Assembly (NCBI GenBank): GCA_027081015.1
Contig: JALWMA010000147.1
Coordinates: 8,000-71,999, forward strand
Direction: 5' to 3'
Origin: Campylobacterales bacterium
GTDB lineage: Bacteria; Campylobacterota; Campylobacteria; Campylobacterales; Hydrogenimonadaceae
Length of the DNA: 64,000 nt
Shown here piece by piece: positions 51,115 to 58,768 of the stretch. The notes below the pieces were generated by a model. That model was given only the letters and a program-made list of their open reading frames with translations. It did no database searches and had not been told where the DNA came from. The position numbers and the translations under genes were made by a program. Numbering within the stretch: the stretch's first letter is position 1; every line of letters starts with the position of its first letter.

Positions 51115-51252
51115 TTCTTTCTGAACCTCCTATTAACGTTATTTTAAAAACAATGCCTATTCAACCTAAAATGCGGTCTGCTAATGCACTCTTCTTTTAT
51201 TTTTGTCGAGAAAAGGATAACCAAGCCCTGTTAACCATCTCTAACGACCTCT

Positions 51253-51285
51253 TTTGAAAAACTGCAGTTATCTTTTGAATTGGCG
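51253..51285 (+). repeat. tRNA-proximal conserved motif, copy 2 (TTTGAAAAACTGCAG-TTATCTTTTGAATTGGCG)
   Basis: 18-mer identical to 2042-2059; ends 3 bp from the stop codon of the first island gene. Confidence 0.8.
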
Positions 51286-51288
51286 GAG

Positions 51289-53775
51289 TCATAGGTTACC
51301 TTCATACTCTTTAGAACCAATTACCGTATCGTAAAGCCCAACCTCTTCACCCTCATGCTTGTTAATACCGACATATTCGAGGCTTGCATCCTCATACCGT
51401 TTAAATTTATACACTGCGTCATTCATTAGCGCACTATTGAACAGATCGAGACTGACCAGCAACTCAAAATCTTCAACCGTCAAGCCAGTTACCTTTTTGA
51501 AAAGACCTGGTTCAAGTTGTGTAATGACATCTTTCAAACTTTTCTCACGGTAATCTGTCAAATACATAAACACCGGGATACGTGTTGCAAATTTGATGAG
51601 TTTTTCCTGTATCTTCTTACGTAGGCTTTTGTACTCTTTCTCCTCTTTGCTGAGTTCTTTTTTCTCCTCTTTTGTCAGCTCTCTGTCATTGGCCTCTTTT
51701 TTCGCTTTTTTAACTGCCTCGGATTTGTTGATTATGGTTTCTATGTCTTGATTGAGCGAACGGAAACCCTCGATGCTCATCAGTGCACTCATCGCTTTTT
51801 CATTATCCATAAGCCGCTTCAGGGTGGCATTGTCGACATTGACGAGCAGTGCACTTTCCCAGCGTCTGGCAAGAAGGGTCGCCGTCGTTCCGCTCAGTGC
51901 CATTTCCAGAACCCCGGCGGCATCGATGGGCTCCATGGAGCTTCCGTCGTAAGCGAGTATAGGAAGGAAGTGAATAAACTCGGCTACCTTCTTCTCGGGA
52001 TCAGGCTCATCGACATTCAGACGCGAACTGTACTCCGCAATCTGGCTCAAAGCCCTGTTGGGAGCGAAGTCAAAAACGTAGCACTCTTTTTTGATGATCT
52101 CTTCTTTGTTGGGAGATTTGCCGTCGGGATTTTTCACTGTCCACGGGGTCTGTACCCTGAATGCCGCCTGAAAATAGGTTTCCGGACTGCTAAGGTTGCG
52201 CAGCATGAAAATCCCCGACCACGGCTTTACCGAAACACCTGTGGTCAGCTTACCGCATGAGAGGGTAATTGTTTTACTCTTTAGCGGATCGTCCATCGCT
52301 TTTAGTACCGGCTCCAGAGCTTTGGCGCCTATCCCGGCTTTTGGACCGGCGGCTACTATAATCTTGTAATCGTGATAAAACCTGTTTTGCCGCTGCATCA
52401 TCAGGTTTTTCATCGCATAGGCAGAAGCTACGGATGGAAGGAACCAGAAGGTGTGGGTCAGAATTTGAAGCAGCCTTACATCCGAAAAAGGAAGCGCCGG
52501 TTTATTGGATCCAAGTTTGAGGTTGTCTGTGCTTGTAGGCAGGTAAGCACCTCGAATCAGATCGAGCCATTTTTGGACATACTCTTCATATTTGAACTTC
52601 GCATTATCTTCATCCCCCTCGGCTTTGAAAAACTCATTGAGATCGAATTCGTTAAACTCTCCTCCCATAGCGATAGAACGGATCGACTCCGGCATCTGAT
52701 AGGTCAGCATCACCATACGGGGCAAAGATGCGTATGGGTTGTTCTCTCCTTTCCACTCCTCTTTTGCCCTCTGTTCATCCGAATATGTCCAGTTGAATAT
52801 CTGCTCTTCGATGAACTCCCCCGTGCTAATGGCACGGAAAGGAGTGCCGGAGAGATAAAGGTAGTGATTTGTCGTAATGGGCATTATCTCTTCGTCAAAA
52901 TAGTCGATTCCCTCACCCTCCGCATAGGCTATCTCTTTTTTACCCTCAGCTTCAAAAAGCTCTTTGGCGCTCTCTCTCCATGCACCATAATGGTACTCGT
53001 CAAATACGACACAATCCCAGTTTGTCGCGTGAACCCATTCGTTTTTGGCTTTGATACCTCCGGCAGAGTTTTTGCCCAGATAGTCCTGAAACGAACCGAA
53101 GCAGACAAAAGGCTTGCTCTCATCGACACTCTCTTCATCCAAACGCTCACGAGAGTAGAACTCCCACCCCTCGAAATCGACATGTGTCTCCAGATCTTCT
53201 TTCCAAGCGCTCTCTACCGCGGGTTTGAATGTTAGAACAAGTATCTTCTTCCAGCCCATCTTTTTTGCGAGCTGATATGTAGCGAACGTTTTGCCGAAGC
53301 GCATTTTGGCATTCCAGAGAAAGTGCGGGTTTTTGTCCGGATTTTCTTTTTTGTAGCTCTCGAAGTATTGCATCGTCTTCTCGACAGCCTCAGCCTGTTC
53401 GGGACGCATTTTGAATGTCAAAGTCCGACTCCGGGCACTCTTTTTACCGCTTTTAACGGCGTGTATGGCCGCCATAACTTCCCGCTTTCCGCACCTGAAC
53501 CACTCTCCGTCAGGATTGGGGATGCCCTGGGCACGAAGATAGCGATGAACATCATGATCGCTAAAGGAGCTACCGTCATTTCTCATTGCGGACTCTTCGA
53601 GAAGAATCTCGTAGCGAAGTCCCGATGTCCCGAGCTGCTCCCTGACACGCTCTCTCACATCTCTTGTCGTAAAACCCACCTTGATAAGCCCCTCTCTATC
53701 GGGGGCATTGAGAATTTTGTAGGCATAAATTTGAGGGTGCAGTTTGGGACGCTGCGGGAAAAAGTCGTTACTCAT
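51289..53775 (-). CDS. GIY-YIG (T5orf172/MUG113-like) nuclease fused to an SF2 (Res-type) helicase
   Basis: IYAY...IKVGFT.R...GEWF nuclease; variant Walker A NAKMRFGKT, FDEYH, LSGTP; start MSNDFF at 53775 overlaps the upstream stop. Confidence 0.85.
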   Translation of the reverse strand: MSNDFFPQRPKLHPQIYAYKILNAPDREGLIKVGFTTRDVRERVREQLGTSGLRYEILLEESAMRNDGSSFSDHDVHRYLRAQGIPNPDGEWFRCGKREVMAAIHAVKSGKKSARSRTLTFKMRPEQAEAVEKTMQYFESYKKENPDKNPHFLWNAKMRFGKTFATYQLAKKMGWKKILVLTFKPAVESAWKEDLETHVDFEGWEFYSRERLDEESVDESKPFVCFGSFQDYLGKNSAGGIKAKNEWVHATNWDCVVFDEYHYGAWRESAKELFEAEGKKEIAYAEGEGIDYFDEEIMPITTNHYLYLSGTPFRAISTGEFIEEQIFNWTYSDEQRAKEEWKGENNPYASLPRMVMLTYQMPESIRSIAMGGEFNEFDLNEFFKAEGDEDNAKFKYEEYVQKWLDLIRGAYLPTSTDNLKLGSNKPALPFSDVRLLQILTHTFWFLPSVASAYAMKNLMMQRQNRFYHDYKIIVAAGPKAGIGAKALEPVLKAMDDPLKSKTITLSCGKLTTGVSVKPWSGIFMLRNLSSPETYFQAAFRVQTPWTVKNPDGKSPNKEEIIKKECYVFDFAPNRALSQIAEYSSRLNVDEPDPEKKVAEFIHFLPILAYDGSSMEPIDAAGVLEMALSGTTATLLARRWESALLVNVDNATLKRLMDNEKAMSALMSIEGFRSLNQDIETIINKSEAVKKAKKEANDRELTKEEKKELSKEEKEYKSLRKKIQEKLIKFATRIPVFMYLTDYREKSLKDVITQLEPGLFKKVTGLTVEDFELLVSLDLFNSALMNDAVYKFKRYEDASLEYVGINKHEGEEVGLYDTVIGSKEYEGNL

Positions 53776-55276
53776 ACGTTGGCTCCATAGGCCGAATAGA
53801 AGACTCAATAAAGTTAATTTCGTTTTTTGTCAAATTATATCTTTCATACAATTTGTCATCAGTCCATTTCTTTGTCATATCAAGTACCGGTACAAACTGA
53901 AACTTATCTTTTGTGACATGTTGAGTATAAGATAATTGGGATATTAAAAAACGTACAAATTTACTACAAAGGTAAAGCGCTAAATTTTTTGCTTCCTCAG
54001 GATTATCATAACTGCCAAGTACAAGATAAGATTCAGTACATATTGTTTCAGGTGGTAAAATTTCTACTTTTGAGAAAAGTTTTCGCTTCCCATCTTTATC
54101 AGGCTGACCAGCATGATCATATGACACATACGAACTAATCACTTTCCATTTATCAATCAACTCAGTTCCAACTGTTATTTTTTCCCGTTCATATAAACCA
54201 GTACCTTTATTCCAGCGCAATTTTATATTTCCATTATTTGTAGGCCTGACAGTTGTTGGCAGTCCAAAAGGCTTTCTGCTTGAAACCTGTTCACTCATTT
54301 TCGGCTCGTTCTTAGATTGAACCTTTTTAATTATTGATATTGCCTGACTAAATCTTATAAATGTATCGAATTGATTTAATGGTCGAATTGATTTTTGCTC
54401 TTCACCTTTAAAAATATTTGTAACTTCACATGGGCCAGAATAATCCCTGTCCCATAAAAAATAACACACACCTCCAGCAATATCAACACCGGGAAAACAC
54501 TCGGAGGCATCAGGAAAATCAATTAGTTTTTTAATACGTTCATCATTCAACATCTCATCTCTAAAGTCATTAAGTCCTTTTCCTCCAGCATACCAGCGAG
54601 CAGGAATAATCATGGTTAGATACCTCGGTTTCATCTTTTTTGCCTGCTGTACGAACTTATGGTAGATGGGTTTGGCACTTTTTCCAAAACCGCCATCACT
54701 GAGCTGATAAGGTGGATTTCCTACAATTACGTCGAACTTCATATTAAAAATCTCCTCCGGATTATCTGTATGTATAAATTGATATGCGTGAGTTTCGAGT
54801 ATATCTTCTCGTTCGTATACTTCCTTGCTCGCGCCGCAATATCTACATCTTCCATTCTCCCATGTGTGCTCTATGCGCTCAAAGATAATATTGCCCTGCT
54901 CAGTAGTAAATGTTTCACAAAAAGAGTATTTACCGTCGGCTTTTTTCGAGCCGTATACGCTCCGACGTGACAACAGCCCAGTCAGTTCCGTAATGGCTAT
55001 GCCGTAAAGCTGTTTTTCAAAAATATGGTTTAATCTCTCTTGTCTATCCGGTATAACGCTTTCAAGTCCTCTATTGAGCCGCTTCGCAATCTCTCTCAGA
55101 AATACTCCCGACTTACTAAACGGATCGAGAAAGGTAACCTTCGGATCACTCCACAACTCTTCCGGCAGCAGATCGAGCATCTCGTTGGCAAGCTCCGGCG
55201 GCGTAAAGACTTCGTCACTGCTCAAGTTTGCCAGCATATTCAGCACATCCGGGTTATAGTTCACCTTATCGTTCAT
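53768..55276 (-). CDS. Eco57I-like N6-adenine DNA methyltransferase with C-terminal target-recognition domain
   Basis: EVFTPP, FLDPFSKSGVFL (motif I variant), FDVIVGNPPY (motif IV), IIPARW and GGVCYFLW motifs. Confidence 0.88.
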   Translation of the reverse strand: MNDKVNYNPDVLNMLANLSSDEVFTPPELANEMLDLLPEELWSDPKVTFLDPFSKSGVFLREIAKRLNRGLESVIPDRQERLNHIFEKQLYGIAITELTGLLSRRSVYGSKKADGKYSFCETFTTEQGNIIFERIEHTWENGRCRYCGASKEVYEREDILETHAYQFIHTDNPEEIFNMKFDVIVGNPPYQLSDGGFGKSAKPIYHKFVQQAKKMKPRYLTMIIPARWYAGGKGLNDFRDEMLNDERIKKLIDFPDASECFPGVDIAGGVCYFLWDRDYSGPCEVTNIFKGEEQKSIRPLNQFDTFIRFSQAISIIKKVQSKNEPKMSEQVSSRKPFGLPTTVRPTNNGNIKLRWNKGTGLYEREKITVGTELIDKWKVISSYVSYDHAGQPDKDGKRKLFSKVEILPPETICTESYLVLGSYDNPEEAKNLALYLCSKFVRFLISQLSYTQHVTKDKFQFVPVLDMTKKWTDDKLYERYNLTKNEINFIESSIRPMEPTYE

Positions 55277-55922
55277 GTTCCGCCAACCTTAAAAAGTGGG
55301 TTACCGGATACTCTTTCACCGGATCAGGAATAAACACCTCTTCCCCCAAATCCGAAAAAAGCCCCGCGTCACTGCCGAACTGCGTATTGTGCAGTATCTC
55401 GAAGCTGTAATCTCTTCGCTTGATCATCACACTGTTTACGGGAGACCACTCCGAGAAGATGATAGGCTCATTCTTTTTGTCCACACGCTTGAAGGTAAGC
55501 GCATCACCTTGTATTATGTTATGGTCCAAAATATATAGAACGCTTTGACGGCACGCCTCACGGCAACGCTCTTTAAAGAGTTTGCTGTACTGTTCGTCAA
55601 ACACCTCATAAAGCCTACTGCGGCACTCTCTTACATTGTCTTCCAGCAGATCGATACCGTATATGCTGGAAACCGCTATAACCGCATTACGTTCATAATC
55701 CATCTGACTCTTTTTGTAGCGCTTTTTGACTACTTCAAGTTTTCTACGCAGTATCTCGACCAAGAAGTTTCCGGAACCGCAGGCAGGCTCTAAAAAACGG
55801 GACTCGATCCGCTCTGTTTCATGCTTGACCAGATCGAGCATGGCATTGACTTCCCTTTCATGAGTAAAGACTTCGCCATGTTTGGCGACACGCGTCTTGC
55901 ACTTCACCTGATTATTACTCAT
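55266..55922 (-). CDS. Short SAM-binding methyltransferase-like protein lacking the NPPY catalytic motif
   Basis: GEVFT, FLEPACGSGNFL, IYGIDL and NIIQGDAL, then no motif IV; ATG 55922 preferred (ORF track uses TTG 55937). Confidence 0.8.
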   Translation of the reverse strand: MSNNQVKCKTRVAKHGEVFTHEREVNAMLDLVKHETERIESRFLEPACGSGNFLVEILRRKLEVVKKRYKKSQMDYERNAVIAVSSIYGIDLLEDNVRECRSRLYEVFDEQYSKLFKERCREACRQSVLYILDHNIIQGDALTFKRVDKKNEPIIFSEWSPVNSVMIKRRDYSFEILHNTQFGSDAGLFSDLGEEVFIPDPVKEYPVTHFLRLAEHER

Positions 55923-56070
55923 TCCTTTCCTTTGCAACCTTCCTACCGCATCTACAGACCTGTATCAAGTTAAAATACACGATACCGTCCTCTTTTTAAT
56001 AAGTCTAATTCTTGAATATACTTTCATTAAGATTGCATCATCTTCCAAAAATGTGCTTATGAGTCGAGTA

Positions 56071-56154
56071 TCAATAGGTCTCACCATTTCGGCACTCAAG
56101 GAGTGAAAGATAGTATCTAATCCGCTTGATCTTCGCTTCTATCTTATGCCGCAT
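56071..56154 (-). pseudogene. Truncated HEPN/DUF86 (HepT-like) toxin remnant, 27 codons
   Basis: ATG overlaps the MNT end and reads MRHKIEAKIKRIRYYLSLLECRNGETY*, resembling DUF86 N-termini; no RxxxxH motif in any downstream frame. Confidence 0.6.
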
Positions 56155-56500
56155 CGATGATCTGCCTGAAGACCTTGAAGTCTATGATTTTATGTTGTGT
56201 TTCTACTTCATATTCGGTTCGTATCTCATGGTCTTTGAGCAGGACACCGTGGTAGATGACCGACTCCAGTAGATAGATATTGCGCGTGGTATTGAGAACA
56301 ACCAGATCCACCTCTTTTTTTAGAGCTTTTTGTAGAGTATGGTGGAGTGAGAGCCTGGCATCGAGTGAGGTATTGTCGAGATAAACGGCTATATCCACAT
56401 CGCTTCGAGGTGTCGCCTCCCCTTTGGCATAGCTGCCGAAGAGGTAACCGAAAAGCACACTGTTATCGGCCTCGAGGATACGCTTGATAATCTCTTTCAT
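56144..56500 (-). CDS. Minimal nucleotidyltransferase (MNT/MntA) antitoxin
   Basis: YLFGSYAKG...SDVDIAV...VDLVVLN; ATG 56500 lies 6 nt after an extended -10 (TGTTATAAT), so the mRNA is probably leaderless. Confidence 0.9.
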   Translation of the reverse strand: MKEIIKRILEADNSVLFGYLFGSYAKGEATPRSDVDIAVYLDNTSLDARLSLHHTLQKALKKEVDLVVLNTTRNIYLLESVIYHGVLLKDHEIRTEYEVETQHKIIDFKVFRQIIDAA

Positions 56501-56624
56501 GAATTGATTATAACATAAGCTGGTTCGTCGCACCGGTAAGCGGCCGAAGATAGACGTCGTTCATTGTACCCGGAGGAATAAGAAGCCCTCGAGTTTTTTG
56601 GTTAGGCTAAATAGATTACCGTCT

Positions 56625-57611
56625 TTAAAACACGCCTTCCGTTTTTGGCACTATAACATTTTCATAGACCATATAGCCGTTCATTTCTATGCGAATGTAA
56701 AAACCTTCCCGGCCTATGGGCTCCTGAAGTTCAAAGCTAACGGCAGGAGGGACTCTCCATAGTTTAGACTTATCATATTTCCTGCCTGTTCGTCTATCTT
56801 CACCGATAACTCTCATATCGAACTCGAAACGCTCTGCATTGGAAAATCTCATAATGACTTCATTGGCATTTTCACCAATGGTTACGCTATTTACCAGAAG
56901 CCTGTTGTTATAAAATATACCGTCTTTTGTAAAGACTTTAATGATCTTTGAGATTCTGCTTTTTATGTTTGGCTCGAGTCTATAGAGCAGCGTCTCTCTT
57001 TCCGCTTCGGAACGGACGCATATATATCTTAAATAGTCATATACATCCAGTTCATCCGGTATTAAAACTTCTGCATGGCGACAATAGAGAATATGCCTGC
57101 TATAAGAATCATTCGGCAAAGCGCCGCGATCGTATATATAATCGAACTCCAACTCTTTGAGATCTTCAACCGATTCATATATCTTCGCATTGCTTGCGGC
57201 TATATTCCCGCTGCTGAACCTCACCCCCTCTACGGCCAGGAGTTTTACAAAATCGAAGAGCAGAAATACCGGTACAGGACAGTGAGCGCCGTTTTTGACC
57301 TCATGCTTCGGCAAGATGCCCTCGTTTCTATATTGCGTAGGAGTTTTCGCACCGAAATAACACCTGACAAAACTCAGATATTCATTCTGCGTCTTGTCGA
57401 TTACCTCACTGTCCGCATTGTCATTTGCCATCAAACCGAGCTCACACGCTTTTTCCCTGCTGTAAAGCTTGCCGGAGTTCAATATGGAGGCAATATTCTG
57501 TACATCACTGTAGTGAAAAATAAAATTCGGCCACCAGCTTTGATAACCGTTTTTGAATCTTTCGAAGAGGCTCTTTTGAAATGACTCGACAAACTTGTAC
57601 CTTTCACTCAT
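56625..57611 (-). CDS. darT: DarT-like (DUF4433) DNA ADP-ribosyltransferase toxin with C-terminal extension
   Basis: FHYSDVQNIASILNSG, VRCYFGAKTPTQY, FSSGNIA and RHAEVLIP (catalytic Glu) motifs. Confidence 0.85.
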   Translation of the reverse strand: MSERYKFVESFQKSLFERFKNGYQSWWPNFIFHYSDVQNIASILNSGKLYSREKACELGLMANDNADSEVIDKTQNEYLSFVRCYFGAKTPTQYRNEGILPKHEVKNGAHCPVPVFLLFDFVKLLAVEGVRFSSGNIAASNAKIYESVEDLKELEFDYIYDRGALPNDSYSRHILYCRHAEVLIPDELDVYDYLRYICVRSEAERETLLYRLEPNIKSRISKIIKVFTKDGIFYNNRLLVNSVTIGENANEVIMRFSNAERFEFDMRVIGEDRRTGRKYDKSKLWRVPPAVSFELQEPIGREGFYIRIEMNGYMVYENVIVPKTEGVF

Positions 57612-58507
57612 GCCACAAACTTGTCGGGCTCGCCATCTTTTGAAACCGGTTGTTTGTAGGCCAGGAGCCTAACGGCGCTCTCATCCTCCTCTTCTCCGAC
57701 CTGTGTCAACGCTATGTAGTCCAGTTCCGATAAAAAAGCCATAACCATATCGGCATGTTCCGCCAATTCGGAAGAGAGCATCTCTTTTCGCAAAAAGCCG
57801 CCGTTTCTGAGCAGATGCCAAATAGCCGCAAGAGTCGATCGTGTCAGGTAGATCTGTGTTTTACCCTTTTTTAGGCAGAAGCTCTCTTCGTCATCGATCT
57901 TTTCTACCGTCACATCTATCGTCATACCGAGCTTGTGTACGCTGTTTATAAGCCCGCTGAACCTCTGATTCAGATGTGATATAAATTCTATACTCGAAAG
58001 ATATTGAGGCTCGCTTTTCAGCCACACTTCGATCTCTTTTTGGTTTTTATGCTCCGGTGCCAAGCCGTCTTTTTTGGAGATGTGGACGTAGACATCGATC
58101 GGCAGGTTTTTCAGGTATCTCTCCATCAGGGGTTTGACTTCCTGCCAATCCAACCCTCCGTTCCCGCACCCAAGCATAGGAAACGAGATAGACTGGATGC
58201 CCAGCTTTTCATAGTTTCCTACGAATTTTTTTAGTCCGGCCTCTATATACTCGATTTTCGAAGGGTAACGCCAGCTCTTTTTGGTCGGAAAGTTCAAAAT
58301 CCACTTGTTGGGCGTTCTGTAAATTTGGAGTTTTCCGATCGTCAGCTGGCCCTTTTCGCAATAGTGCTGATAGGCTTCGAACATCTCAGGATACAGGCGT
58401 TTAAACTCTTTGGCCAAACCTTTGCCCATTACGCCTACCGTGTTGACCGTATTGACCAAAACCTGAGCATTTGATTCGAAAATGTCTGTACGAACGTAGG
58501 TAATCAC
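57608..58507 (-). CDS. darG: DarG-like macrodomain antitoxin with atypical C-terminal domain
   Basis: VNTVNTVGVMGKGLA.EFK..YP, NFPTK and FPMLGCGNGGLDW motifs; stop overlaps the darT start. Confidence 0.88.
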   Translation of the reverse strand: MITYVRTDIFESNAQVLVNTVNTVGVMGKGLAKEFKRLYPEMFEAYQHYCEKGQLTIGKLQIYRTPNKWILNFPTKKSWRYPSKIEYIEAGLKKFVGNYEKLGIQSISFPMLGCGNGGLDWQEVKPLMERYLKNLPIDVYVHISKKDGLAPEHKNQKEIEVWLKSEPQYLSSIEFISHLNQRFSGLINSVHKLGMTIDVTVEKIDDEESFCLKKGKTQIYLTRSTLAAIWHLLRNGGFLRKEMLSSELAEHADMVMAFLSELDYIALTQVGEEEDESAVRLLAYKQPVSKDGEPDKFVA

Positions 58508-58606
58508 TTCTTAAACCCCACCGATCAAAAGTCTCTTTATATAATTATATATTTCAATCCTAAAATTTTCCCGTTTTCCTGATAAATATGACTCATCTCT
58601 TCCAAC

Positions 58607-58723
58607 TACTTCCCTGACTAAAAAGTCTTACTTCCACACTATAGATAAAAAACACCCATAAATAGGTGCTCAAATGGAATCATGGACTGCAATTACTTCC
58701 ATATTTACTTTTCAGTTACTTCC
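58607..58723. repeat. Four direct TACTTCC heptamers upstream of darG
   Basis: Starts at 58607, 58629, 58694 and 58717 (spacings 22, 65, 23). Confidence 0.6.
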
Positions 58724-58768
58724 CGTTTCAATCCAAAACAGCTATCGGCATGATAAAATCGGCCGGCC

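Larger units (their letters stand above)
51115..58760. mobile_element. Lower-GC defence island downstream of tRNA-Asn (no integrase visible)
   Basis: Visibly more AT-rich than the flanks; all genes are restriction-modification or toxin-antitoxin type; boundaries approximate. Confidence 0.7.

Noticed and set aside
58551-58760. CRISPR-like repeat starts (ATTTCAATCC at 58551, GTTTCAATCC at 58725)
   Set aside because: Only ~10 bp are shared, the 174-bp spacing does not fit a repeat-spacer period, and there are no cas genes or third copy.
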